Positions 47,326-60,944 of a stretch of 64,000 nucleotides of DNA are shown piece by piece. This stretch comes from Kondoa subrosea (taxonomy: Eukaryota). How positions within the stretch are numbered: position 1 is the stretch's first letter; each line of letters starts with the position of its first letter. The stretch lies in the NCBI GenBank assembly GCA_039545335.1, contig BCIN01000004.1, forward strand, positions 672,925-736,924, in the 5' to 3' direction. The notes beneath the pieces were generated by a model. It saw only the letters and a list, made by a program, of their open reading frames with translations. It was not told where the DNA came from and made no database searches. The position numbers and the translations under genes were made by a program.

Positions 47326-48422
47326 ATGGCACATATCGTTAACGAAGAGCCTAAGAAAGCTAGTTTGCTGGATTTAGAGTAAGCGCTCTTTTGCGAACGA
47401 AACAGCGAATTCTGACCATCGGAACAGAGAGCAGTTCTCCTTCTATGGTGCGTTCTTCTTGACTGTTAGTGCTACTTGACTTATGCTGTGCCTTTTAGGT
47501 CAATACCATGCAAACAAGGTAAGCACAGATTGGGTTGCAGTCCCGTTGTTTGGCTGAACAAACTTTCAGACCAATGTGGGCATACACATGTTATGTGTAC
47601 CTACAATCCTTTGGTCAATCAATCACAGTGCTTCTCATGCTATGACGTTACTGACATTTGAGGAAACAGTACAACTGTCGCTTTGACGAACGCCCTCTTT
47701 CCTTATGTTCTCGCTCAAATCCCTGTACACATCGGTAACCTGATTCACACTACTATCGATGTCACTCCCTCGTTCGCTTTGGTCGGGATATGCTTCTCTG
47801 CTTATTTCATTCTGCTTGATCCTGTTGCTGGTGTGATTTTCCCTTCTCTTTCAGCTGCCCCTTGTACTTACAGATAGTCTCGTACAGGCTATGATCACTC
47901 CTATACTAGTGACGCTAGCACACATCGGCAGGATAGTACAAACGGTAAGTCTTATAGATCACCGTTATTCTTATCTTTAATGATCACGACACTTCGACAG
48001 ACACCTGGCGGAGTAAAAGCAGCCAGTATAGTCTTCTTCTTTGCCTGGATCGGTCAATTTGTAGGACATGGAGTATTTGAAGGTCGAGCTCCAGCATTAC
48101 TCGACAGTCTTTTACAAAGTGTGTCTCGAATCTCCCTTATGATTCGCTGTAGTTCATATGCTATACAGGTCTCGTACTAGCAAACTTCTTCGTCTTCTAC
48201 GAAGCACTTTTCATGCTGGGCTATGTCATTATCATCTTCTTCCGTCATACCGCTTTAGCTGATTCGCTTGATTGACAGAAACCCGCGCTTCACAAGCGAT
48301 TACAGAACGTACGTATTGACCTACTGAGCACCCTCGCGAGGCTGATGGAGTTACAGCGGATTGGTAAGAACGTATTACAGTATCGGAAAGAGAAAGCGGC
48401 TGGCCAACGCACTGTCCGATAA
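47326..48422 (+). CDS. MPO1: Mpo1/DUF962 2-hydroxy fatty acid dioxygenase
   Basis: EQFSFYGQYHANKTNVGIHMLCVPTIL, WIGQFVGHGVFEGRAPALLDSL, FFVFYEALFMLG. Confidence 0.9.
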
Positions 48423-48746
48423 AGCTACCTGTAGAGTCGCTGTCTGATTGTATCTATGACTATCATGAATGCTTGTCAAACTTTGTCATCGGTTCTTTAA
48501 GTCACTCGCTCTTCGGTCCGGGGTAGCTCGATTTTCATCTCATCATTCTTTTCTCTTGTCGTCCACTATCTGAGCTCAATAACGAGCGCAGACTTCAGCT
48601 TGGAACAGAGGACTCAGAGGCATATCGAGTTCATTTGGGCAGAATCACAACTGTTGCCCTTTGTTGTCGGTCGTCGTCAAAGCACTGCTCTGCTCAATTC
48701 TAGAAGACCAGACGTTCGTTCTCTATCTCTCTATCTTACTCATATC

Positions 48747-51493
48747 ATGGACGACCTATTCGGACCGCCTAAGCTAGGCCCTAGTCTACTCAAGACTGGA
48801 AATGTTGGCATGACAAGCGTTCGTTGGATGACGATGTCACGTCTGCTGATTCTCTGACTGAGTTGCGCGGATAGGATACAATAGAATTGGAAACAGCTGC
48901 CATGGCGGCAGACCTGCAAGATCTCTCACTATCGCAGAAGATTGTCAAAGCGCTCAGTTTGGTTCATATGTTTGTTCTCCTTTCCAATTACTGCTGGTAA
49001 TCGTGAATCAGACTATTTGACAGCGGTCTACATCGTGGTATTCAACAAGAAGCAGCTATTTCAGCAAGTACAGCTGAGATGAAGAGATATGCTTCTGCTG
49101 GAATGATGGATGACTATCATTATGGTGCATCGCCCTACGATCCATTCGGAATGCCGCCACTACCTTTGAACAATCCGCCTGCGACGTTGAGCACGGAGTT
49201 GTCAAGATCATCACTTGCTGGAATGAACACGACCGATTACTCTGTTCTTATAGAAACTCTCGCTTCAGCCTTGAAAGATGTCTCTTCTCAGCCATGGCTT
49301 TGGGGACACTCCTTACCAATGGAACTAAGTATTCCTCCTTCGGCCTTACCTCAACAAGCAGTATCACCTCATCCTCTCGCGAATGTTTTACCTTCCAATC
49401 CTCCTCCATTACCTGCTTCAGCTCGCTGTACTCCTCTCAGTCCTACTTCTGTACCTCTCCCATCCACACCGATAAACAGAGCTTCTATACCAGCAGCAGG
49501 AGAAGCAGTACCGAAAGTTGAGCAAGACGAACAAGGGGCAGAAGTCGAAGAAGAAGAAGTCATCGCAGATGTCGCCTTCCGGGAAATGCCAGCTCTAGTT
49601 CTGCAAAATTTGAGCAAGTTGGTCGATCTACTCAGACCAGATCCACCGAGCAGTCCTACGTTTCTTGATGCGCAATCGCCTGAACTCAATCTCGAAGGAA
49701 GTTGCGAGACCCCGAAAGCGGAGTCCAATGACATTGATAACTCGCAGTCTCTGCTACATAAGATCCCCGAAGAAACTCTAACGCGGATTTTGACTCTTGC
49801 AAGACTTGGAGCAGAAGAATACGCTTGCGAATGTGGGCAAGCATGCAATGGATCAAACATGGCTCATCAGCGCTGGGCTCTCTCTCTCATGACCGTTTCG
49901 AAAGACTTCCAAGGTCCAGCATTACAAGCTGCCTATGTCACTACCCGAATCAGAAGTCGGTCGCAGATTTCTCGATTATGCGATCTACTCGAAGAGAAAC
50001 CAGTCTTACGTGGCCTGATATCCGAACTCGACGTAAAAGTGCCGACTCACTCTCCTAACAATGCAAACAACCCTCCTTCCCCATCTTATCTGACCGGCAG
50101 ATCTTCTCGACGACGAGCTCAAGCTTTCCCTTGGTTCGCCAATAATCCAACGCCTGCTGCTAATCCTTCCGTCTTGCCTGGTATTCCGGGCTCACCGATC
50201 CCCAAAGTAGAGCCTGAAGATCCTTCGACCCAACTAATTGGTCGATTAATTGATCTTGCACCGGGATTAGCGAAAGTTCAACTGAGCGTGACGAAAGCTT
50301 CAAACTACTCTTACTCTTACTCGGCTTGGCCTTACAATACCGAATTCATGGAGAAAGGCTTGCAGAATTCTTTAGCTTGTTAGTCTCCTCTGCATCATTT
50401 TGACTTGTATAAATACAGATATTGATATGTATGCACGCACAGCGGCACCGAGCTTAAGAAGTCTGGTTTGCAGACAAGTGGTGGATTATGGTGAAATCGA
50501 AGCTATTCTCAATGGTTGCAAAACGCTTGAAGAACTCCGGTTTGAAGGTGGAATAGATAATCTGGTAAGTTAATCTGGTTGGAAAGAACATGAACCGAGC
50601 TGATCTTGTCAACGCAGGATGGGAGAGATGACGCGCTTGAGGAACCTCATTCATGTCGATTGAAGAGTGTTTGTGAGTATTGTTGCCCGTGCATACAGTA
50701 CTGGCTGATCCGAAAGACAGATATTAACAACTTTGAAGCTGCTGATATAGGCGAAAACCAATTGTGCTGGCTGGTGAGTGTCTTTCCAATCATAGGAAAA
50801 TTTCGTATCTAAATGTAGAACAGCTTCGACCTAGCATCGGCTCATTGAAGGAATTAGAAATAGCCACCTCAGTAGCATTAGGAGGAGGTCCAGGAGGTCA
50901 AGGCAATGGTCAAACTTTCGCGCCTTTCTCTGGGGTGGAATTCGCCAATCTCCTTGTGGAATTGGGTCCTGCTCTAACAAGATTGGCCCTCAAGGATAGT
51001 TTAGGGCATGCCATCGGTCTGGGTATCCAGGTGAGCCTAATTGAGGAGATTACGTGACGGATGTTTATATTGCTGTCTTATTTAGCAAACTGTCAACCCT
51101 TCTTTACGCGTCGAACCACATGATGGATCATTGGATCACGCTTTATCGCATTGTCCAAACTTGTCCGAGCTAGCATTGGATTGGTCATTAGCTGGAAGCA
51201 ATCTTCTCACTTCCATCAAAGCTGCCCCATTAAAGAATCTCGTCCTGATCGGTGCACCGACAAATCTGGATGGCAAGACATTCACAGCTTTCATCGAGAA
51301 TGACACACCTCAACTGGAGAAATTGTCGCTTTCCTGTTTCGCTATGTCTGCAGCCGTACCTTGGTCAGCAAGACATATCCGAGCGCTCAGGCAGCTAGCG
51401 GAGGAGTGAGTCGTCATTCAGTTGCTGTTACTGTATTCACTCATAAGATGGCTGCCTAGGCGCGAACTGCAATTCGAATTTGGGACGATCTGA
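48747..51493 (+). CDS. Large F-box/LRR-like protein with Pro-rich N-terminal region
   Basis: LLHKIPEETLTRIL...LMTVSKDF F-box-like pattern; CPNLSELAL, LKNLVL, LEKLSL repeats; several GT-AG introns. Confidence 0.7.
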
Positions 51494-51876
51494 ATAGGTA
51501 CTGTGTATGAATCATCCGCTGTGTTTTCGTTTTCTCTATGTATACTGTACTAGATATCTTTCATTCATACATGCAACGCGACCTCCTGATGTACAGTAAG
51601 TCGCATGCCGCCCGTGCAGCTGTGTCGAATGACAAAAAGGCGGAGTACTCTTCTTTGCAACAGCGGCCTCGTTCTAGTTTCCAATTTTCGCGAAGTCGGA
51701 GGCAGGCCCTTGTGACACCAACGATACCTGGGACGACAAGAACGAGACATCTTCCCTTTCTAATTCAGAACGCTCGCACTCGTACAAATATCGAGTTTCA
51801 CGCTTTAAGCTTGGATCTCACAGGCTTTTTCTTGCACCAGCTTCATTACACGTAATATCGCAGTGTTAATCTCTCC

Positions 51877-54800
51877 ATGGCTGGTCTGATGCCTCACGGA
51901 CAGCAAGGGTCAGTCCAAATGGTGAAGTCAGGGGTCCTGAAACTAACTTCAGAAACTTGACACACCAGACTGTCTAGCGACGGCACTCGTTCCGCTTCTA
52001 GGTCACCAGCTCGCTCACCCATGCAACTACATCAAGCAACGACATATTTCCCTCCATACACAGAACTGTCAGCTGGAATGGCACCGAACTCGCTGACTGA
52101 TCCTGCAACTGCTCCTCCAGGGTTAGCTCAGAATAGACCACGAGCGGGCACTATGCCTTCACGTCTGATGATGGCAAACAATATGGCTTTCGGTCAGCAA
52201 GTCCAACAAGGTCCTTCTTCTGCTACTCGTCCGGATATGCTTCGACGTCATCTTTCTTCCCTTGCTCCACCTCCTTCTGGTCTATTGGCTCATTCTGCAG
52301 CTACCAGTCCATCTGGCTCTCCTCTCATGACACCGGTCAATGAATTAGCTCCTTCGGCAAACATTGGTGAACAATCTCGGATGCGGATACGAAGTGGATC
52401 TCTTACTTTAGCAATGCCTCAAAACTCAGTGGAGAATGCTTTCGTCCCTGGGATCTTCGCTTCAGCTTGGACTCCTAGTTTGGAAGATCTGAAAAGTGTA
52501 CACTCAAACGAGTCGGTAACTAGTGGGGATGAGAACAACGGGCAGGGAGTACTGGACTATCTTGGCTTGGATGGGCCTAGTTCACCTATTCATAAAGCTC
52601 ACGGCATTTCACCGGGTTTGATGGGAAGTCTTCGCAGACAACCTTCCTTGGACGCTCAATTATACGCTATGCAGTCTGACATTCAATCCAGTCCAGCTAG
52701 TCGTCTTCGAGCCAACACCGTCGCTGCACCTTCGCCTAAAGCAGTCTCAGATCTATTGCCTAGCACTGTCCGCAGAAGACAATCTTCCGCTCTTCTTAGC
52801 TCTCTATCTTCTTTGCAAGAGTCTACAAACAGTGCTTTGACTCAAGACTTTGATAGCATGCATCTTCGCGACACTTCTGAGGAAGATTTCGCTGCATCAG
52901 AGGCAGACGGAGCTTTATACTACTCAACAGCAACCGAAGCTATGCCAGTAGAATACGACGACTATGTACCAGCTTCCGAAGAACATGGTATGCATACTTC
53001 TACTTCTGGCTTAAGACCTCGAGCATCCACAGTCGGTTTGTTGGACACATCTTCCATGTCACCCAGTATGCGTAGAAGAGCAGGAACAGCAAGTGGAATG
53101 TTCCCTGGCGGAAGAATGCCTATTCCCGTGACACCGGAACTTAGTTCCAACGATTATAAAGACTTGGGCCCCAATAACAACACACCAGATAGAAACGCAT
53201 CATCTTCTCATGGCGGGTCTGGGGATTCTGTCGGCGGCATGCCTGGGTATTCGAACATCATGAGCACTCCTGGTACAATGACGAATGGCGGCCAGCCAAG
53301 ACATCAAGCGGGTGGTCCAACTAGAAGTTTATGGATTGGCAACCTCAGCGCTCAAGCTACAGCTCAAGATCTTTTGGCTGCTTTTGGTTCATATGGTGTT
53401 GTTGACTCGGTACGAATCTTGCCGGACAAGGTTAGTCGTTCATCAGCTCTGCCAGGCCCGGCTTCATATAGATGATAATAGAGTTGTGCTTTCGTCAATT
53501 TCGGTACTGTTGATTCAGCCATGGCTGCGAAGGATGATATTACCAATCGACACAACAGTCAAATATTTGGCTCGCACGTTCGACTTGGATATGGCAAAAC
53601 TGAATCTGTGCCGGCAACACCTCTGACGGTGAACGGATCAGCAACGCCTGCTTCAGTCATTGGAGCTGCTTTGGGCGACTTTGTGGACATGAGTCCCACT
53701 AGAGCATTATGGGTTGGCAGTGTTCCTCCCGCTGCTACTTCGAATGACTTGCTTCAACTCTTCGCGCCTTTCGGGTCCATTGAGAGCGCTCGAGTACTAG
53801 CTCATAAAGGATGTGGTGCGTCTACAGTGTTGTTTGAGTTCGCCCGGCTAAAACAAGCAACAGGCTTCGTCAATATGGAAAGATTGGAAGATGCTGTTCG
53901 GGCAAAGCAACAGTTGAATGGTAAAGAGATCTTCGGCTTTGATGCTGGGGCTGTCAAAAGTATGTCATTACACCAGATTCACTCAAATTGAGCTAATCTT
54001 TGATTGCTTTATAGTCGGTTTTGCGAAAGTTCCTGCAAGACAAGATGATTCTGCCTCAAACTCTCCAGCGACGCAATTACGTCCTGAATTGGCAGAACCA
54101 TACGCTCTCAATGCTCCACCTATATCAGCAGGTCGAGCTTTGCAAGCTGCTGTGAGCTCTCCGGAAATGCAACAGAATGGATGGCAGCATTCGAGGCAAC
54201 CTTCGCCTGCTGCTGTATCTACTGAAATTCAACAGATGCTCCGAGATCTTTGCGGCAACAACGACCCAGATCTTGAAACCGATATGCAAGTCATAAATGG
54301 TAGATCTTTCTCGTCATTTGATGACCTAGACTGATTACATTGTGCGCAGCAACGGCGGTTCCGTCGATGTCTTACTTCACCTCCATTCCGCAAGCAGCCA
54401 ACGAAGATCAGTCACGTCCTCGCAAGCCAATCGATTCAGCAACTCTTCGAGATATTCGTAAACGCTTGGAAAGCGGTCAGACGCAGACTGACGAATATGA
54501 CGCTGTCGCCCAAGATCTCATACAAGACGTAGTATGGCTAGCTAGCGACTATATTGGAAATAGTCAGTACTGGCTTCAGGCTTCGCAACGATTATACTAA
54601 CAGTCTGATTAAGCCATAATTCAAAAGCTCTTCGAGCAATGCTCTCCTCCTATCAAGATGATGATGCTCGAGCGCATCGCCCCATATTTGGCTTCGATAG
54701 GATGCCACAAGAATGGCACGTGGGCCGCTCAAAAGTAAGCTAGCCTTTTGTCGTATAAAGTTTTTGCTGATATTTGTCAAAAGGATACTGTGAGCTTGTT

Positions 54801-56123
54801 TCAAGGAATCCTTTTTGTGATCACTGAAGTTACTACAGTGATTCAGCCTCATCCGCCGAAGAAGTGGCCATCATCTGCAGGCATATGATCCCATATATTC
54901 CTCCGTTGCTACTGTAGGCTCGTCAGAAAGCTAATATGGACGTGTCTGATCTCGAAGTATACTTGTACAGTGATCAATTCGGCAACTACTGTGTACAATG
55001 GTGAGTACCTAATTCCGCGATGTGTCCGGTTAGCTGATTTATTGTAACAGCATGCTCCGCTACGGCGCGCCGGCGACTGACGGTATATTCGATGCCATCG
55101 TGCATCGCTGCTGGTCAGTGACTGATTCGGATCAATACTATTATATGCTCAGAACGTTCTACAGGGAGATTGCACAAGGCCGGTTCGGCGCAAGAAGTGT
55201 CAGAACTTGTCTCGAGTCACCATTGTATGCACGATTTCAGTATGCGTATGATATTGCTGAATTCTTGCTCAGCGCTACTCGCCTACACCAGAAACGCGTT
55301 GCCTTGGCAGTTATTGGTCAATGTATTCAGCTTGCTCTTAACCCGAATGGTACTCTGCTGTTGAACTGGCTGCTTGACAGTGAGCTGCACATCTTCTTTT
55401 TGCTAAACGCTAATACCCATGGTCTGCCTAGCTTCCAATTTCCGAGGTCGATATAAGCTGCTCGCGCCCCGACTTGCACCACATCTTGGCCATCTCTGCG
55501 TGCATAAGATGGCAGCAACGACTGTGCTGCGTATCGTCAATCAAAAGGCCGATCCTCCTGCGGTGCAAGTGATCGCCCAGGGCATATTTGATGCAAATCA
55601 GGTTCTGGAGGAAATACTTTCCGATCAAGTTCATGGTCTTGCTTTCCTTCAGCGCTTCCTCTGTTCGCCCTTCTTGGAAGCAGGCCAGAAGAGCAGCCTT
55701 ATCGCCAGGGTGGAACATTCTTTGGCGAGCATGAATTTGACCGCCATCCCAATCTACATGCGCTTTATCGAGCAAGTGCATGCTGGTATACCTGGCGACC
55801 TAGCTAGTGGAAACTCAAGAGGTAATAGCTTCAACCCAGCCAGAGGCTCTTCTCCTGTGCAATTCCAGCAAGCGCAATTCAGTCCAGCAACACCAGCCAA
55901 TGGACGGCCTCGCTACGGAAGTCCTCAGCAGTTCTTCTCTCCTCCACCTCAGCATTCTCCCTTCTATCCTGTTGGCTCGCCGAATATGCGACCTTCACCT
56001 TCTTACGGAATGGCCGGAATGCCTTATAACAATGCGTATTATCATTCTTCGCCGCAAGGTCAATTTTATCCTCCTCAACAACCTCAATATGCTATGCAAG
56101 GCACTCCCATTCAACAGCAATAA
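51877..56123 (+). CDS. JSN1: Jsn1/Puf2-like RNA-binding protein (2 RRM + Pumilio repeats)
   Basis: RPRAGTMPS, PTRSLWIGNL, PTRALWVGSV, LASDYIGN, HKNGTWAAQK, DQFGNYCVQ, AQGRFGARS, NPNGTLLLNWLLD. Confidence 0.9.
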
Positions 56124-56471
56124 GAACAGCACACTCGTTTGGCATAGCATTATACTTTTTCTCCTTGTATTTATCATGTAACAATCACACAGGGTTACGG
56201 CTTTCATTCGTTTGCAATTGCAAAATTCGTTCAGAGCCCGTACGAGCAACAAATCAACGTATTTGTGTGCAATTGTCTAGCTTTTGCATTATTCTTACAT
56301 TACTATGACTGTACGTGGGTATGACCTTATAAAGAATAGCGCCTTTTTCTCTAAAACCATGCAATAAGGAGGGAAATTATGCAAAACACAAAACAAAACA
56401 GATTGCCAAACGACCTTTTCTTCTTTCGACGGGTCCTTGCTTTTCTTATAGGACGAGATGCAGACAGAACT

Positions 56472-58578
56472 TCAGAAGCAGCCACATAAATTGGCGAAGA
56501 AGCCTTTCTTTTTCTCTTGAGATTCTTCCAACGCGTCTCTTCCGCCGTTATGACCCATGCGATGATCCATTGCGCTCGAAGAATTGCCAACTGGAGTCAT
56601 TCCGCTTGCTGATCCTAAACGATCGCCTCCCATGCTTTGATTGGGCATAGGCTGTTGTTGCTGTTGCTGGTTCCGGTAATCATTCGAATAAGGATCCATT
56701 CCTCCTGCTACGTTGTTGTTCTGACCTCCTGCTGCATAAGGATGTTGTTGACCTGATGTTCGGCGGCGAGGATCGGAAGAGTTCAAGCCAGGTGAAGCAG
56801 GTTGTTGGTTTTGAGAAGTAGAAAGGTATTGTTCCGAAGTACGGGAGGTAGTTTGATTTGCTAGGTTATCCCTTGATCTTCTGTTCCGGCTATTTTCAGC
56901 TTGTAGCTGGGCTGGAGAAGGTGGAATGATGCCTGAAGCGCCAAGAACGCCTGCAGCTGAAGCAGAAGCGGAAGCTTGACCTTGCTGATTCTGTTGCTGT
57001 GCCAGTTGAGATTGACGAGCTTCTTCTCTGGCTGCCCGTCGAGCATCCCTTTCTGCTCTCTCCCTTTCTCGCTGTTCTCTCGGTATGCCTGAAGATCGAT
57101 GACCACGTTCGCGTTCTCTTTCCACTTGACTGGCTTGAGCGAGTAGAGATGAGGACTGTCATGGTGAAATTGAGAAGAATCAGCGAATACTGAAGCACCT
57201 TCATGTTCTCACTGACCAGACCAGCTTCATAACCTTTACCATTGTTGAGCATCATCCAATCGTAAACACCATCTTCCGCTTCGCCCGTGCTTTTGAGAAC
57301 TTTGGTAAAAAGCTCTCTCAAGAAATCGTAATCTGGCGTTTCCTCAAACCCAAGTTTTCGCACATAGTTCAAGTATATCGCAAATTCCTCTGTTCATTTC
57401 ACGGAATCACCTTAGCTTTAGATGAGCAAAAGTTGAGAATGCAGACGAACCTGGAAAACCTTCGCATAACTCCTTGATCGGCGTGCTTTGTTTCTTTTCA
57501 CCAATCTTTTCATATTTCTGCTTGTTGGTTGCTGCTTTCAATCCTTGCCACGGTAGACCGCCTCGAAGGAAGTACATAAACACATGACCAAGCGCTTCCA
57601 AATCATCTCTTCTAGATTGTTCTATTCCCTCTCACTTTCAGATCCTAAATCTAACGGGCCGGAAGATCAAGCAAACTCACCTCTACCCAAATGCGTATTG
57701 ATACTCATATATCTAGCAGTTCCACTCAAAGACTTTCTCTCTCTGTAAGGGATATGCTGCTTCGTTTTCGGATCTCGATACTGTTTGGCCATACCGAAAT
57801 CGACGACCCAAACCGTATTGGCACCTTTGGTTCCAGATCGACCAATCAAGAAATTGTCAGGCTTGATATCTCGGTAGATGAGATTCTTTTCATGAATCGT
57901 TTGAACTCGTGTCAACTGAACGGGCACACTTCCTTAATCAATACGATACTGATTTTTGGATGGAAGTGAAAACGCACCATTTGTTTAGCAGTCATTACTA
58001 CTGTTTTAATAGAGAATTTCCGACCACACATATCAAACAGATCTTCGAGTGAGGGACCGAGTAGATCGATGACTAGGATATTGTGTAAACCTTCTTGACC
58101 AAAATAATAAACCTGAGGTATTCCGGCTGTAGAATTAGTAGAGAAGATGAGCTATATGATAGTATAGGGAAAAGTGTAACGAAAACCCACGGGAACCAGC
58201 TAGAATCTTGTATGTGCGATATTCATCCCTCAATTGTGGGGCATCTGATTTCCTCGGTTCCTGTAAGTCGACCAAGGCTATCAGCTGGTCATACAGCTGA
58301 ACAGCATACTCTGAAACCTACAAATTTGACAGCGACAGTCACATTGTTCAATAAATTCGTTCCTTTGAAATCTTTATGAGCTCGGTAACAGATCTTTCAG
58401 GATTAGCGCAACCTTCAAAGATCACACCGAATGACCCTTCTCCTATCTTTCTACCTATCTTAAAGTGTACACCAACGACAGACGAGTTCCCCCCGTTGCT
58501 TCCAGATGTAGTTTGAGAGGTAGAAGCTCCCGTTTGGTTTGAAGTGGATTGCATTGTATGATACTGCGGTGTGGTCAT
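56472..58578 (-). CDS. YCK2: Casein kinase I, plasma-membrane Yck1/2 (Cki1/Cck1) type
   Basis: [55 protein letters not shown]-rich tail ending LCGCF (palmitoylation-type cysteines). Confidence 0.95.
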
Positions 58579-59046
58579 ATACTAGGGCCAAGGTAAAAAC
58601 AGGAAGCAAGTAACAGAGGTTTAAAGGAATGGCGCGTAGAAGAGAAAAAAAGGAGCGTGCGGAGTGACAGGGTAACTGAGACCTGCTGTAGGAGCTTGTA
58701 GCAGTGACTGTTGTGCAGAGCCTTGGTTGAGATAGCTTGAATGCGAGCTAAGCGGTCGGACTTGAAGAAACGACAAGTGTTTGTTTCGATTTACTCCTTG
58801 CCCTTTAAAGGCGTCCTTGTAGTCTGAGCAGCTCGTAATCTAGTCTGGAAGGTCGTGACGAGCAGCAGCTGGAGGTGCAGCTTTTGGTATAAGGGGTAGT
58901 TTATGGAAGTTGTAGACAGAAACGCTTCCGTTCGCTGCATCTCGTCGGACAAAGTTGCCGGTCAACTCATTGTCTCGCAGATCGTATACAAGCTTGATAC
59001 ATAGAGTACATAGATAGAGTCCATCCAGCTCTACAACAAAACATCC

Positions 59047-60622
59047 CTAGCGGAAAGAAACGGATTCCAGCTTCCACCGCTTGAAACGCTGTCGACCTAA
59101 TCGCCTGTTACCATTACCTCCGCCTTGCACTATCGAACCTAGACTTCCACCAAGGAAGCCAGAGATATCCTCCTCTTTCAATGCTGCACGTTAAAGAGGG
59201 TTCTTCAGCAAATCTTCGGTTTTGCTGAAACAACAGACTTACGGCAATCGAAAGAAGTATCGCTTGAAAAGGTTGGCGAGATGGTGATAAGGATGATCTT
59301 GAGTTTCAGCGTAAGTGAGTAGTTGACCTGTCACGCATTGACTACTCCTGAGCTTGACATCAAGCTAAGAAGAAGCTTTGGACTGACCTGCAACTGTTTT
59401 GGCGTATTGCCTGTGAAACCACAGCGGTTGGCAATGTCGGCCAAGATGACATTGCCAGGATCATTGGCTGTTTGATAACTGTAGAACTCTGTTCAATGAT
59501 ACGTCCAGAGACGATGATTGATCAGTGACCTACTCGATAGCAAACGGAAACTTGACAAAGTTGTTTGTCTATTTCTTCGCATGAAATTGTGTTGAAGGAG
59601 TGAAGTTGAAATCTTACATGAGCTTTTATGTTCACATCTGTGAGATTTCCACCTCCGATAGGCGTCTTGTTTGTTGCGCCGGGATAATAAGCTTTCGCTA
59701 CAATCTCATCGAAATGAGCTCCAAAGACTGTAAGCGACACACAACCACCGCATCAGCTGAAATTGATGTAGTATTGGCTGAAGCTCACAATTTGGATTTT
59801 GTACGCCTCTATAGAACCGAAAATCATACACAATCAATACTCAGATTGATATTGAGACATTCTCAACTGACATGTTCAGATTGAAGTTGAGCACAAACCC
59901 GTTCGTTTGTTGCGTGACGATATTTCCTGAAGTGGGTGCGTCCACTCCGTTGAAGCTGACATTTGGTGCACGGACCCAGACTGCACGGGGAATGACAGAA
60001 TCAGCTGAAGTACAGTCATACCATGATGTATCCATACGCAAGAAAGCAGCGACTACGCCAAGAATCACCTATTATAATATTCTTAGGACCCGATGCGATG
60101 ATCAATAATAAGACTGACCAGGATCACCACTATGATCGTACAGCAGCAACATCGACCACACCTGTTTGGCGATGAGCTACGTTATAGTGCAAAAAGACAG
60201 GACATACATGCGTTTCCTTCCACCTCTTGTGAAAGTGCCTTCATGTTCTTCCGTCCCTGTTCTTTTACAATCAGCACTGCTATAGAGAATGAAGAAAGCG
60301 AGAACGCACTCCACATCCTTAGCCCAGCCTTTCGAGGTATTTCGCCAGCTGCTGCCATTTGAGCAGCAACACTCCCTCTCGTCTGTTTGCTCTGCGTAAT
60401 CCCTGATCACGCAACATTTTCAACCACGCTAATAGATATCCAATGTACTAAAAACCCACCTCGCTTCTCTGCTTCTTCCAAGTATTGTTGGTCCAATGAA
60501 TAATCCGTCTCAGCTCCTTTATCATTCCCATACAATGGAGCAGCATTCTTCTTGGTAGGTGACGTGTTGTTACTATATCCAGGATAGTCATAGCGCGAAT
60601 CTGAGCCTGTTGGGCGATACAT
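59047..60622 (-). CDS. Single-pass membrane protein with LEA_2-like beta-sandwich domain
   Basis: RCCCCTIIVVIL-VILGVVAAFL TM, VRAPNVSFNG, VQNPN, AKAYYP, IGGG, FDCP. Confidence 0.75.
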
Positions 60623-60944
60623 TCTTCGACTGAAACTCGAGTAAGATCAAGCCTCGTCTATGCAAAGAGCAGGCAGTGAATGAGATGCAAGGCTAGGACG
60701 GGTATTCAGATGCTTTGCGAATGCGGACAAGGGGGTATATAATGGATCAGCTGGTGGTGAGTGAACAAGAGGAAGCCCACTTCTGGCGCGAGTTGTTGAG
60801 ATTGAGCATAACAACGCGCTTTCGAAGTATTTCTTGCAGGAGATTGAGCAGCGATACACAGACAGACATAGCGAAAGTAACTTCTCTTCCGCGAAAACGA
60901 AGCTTATACAATGTTTTCTATTCTTACAACCCCCATTTGAGCTT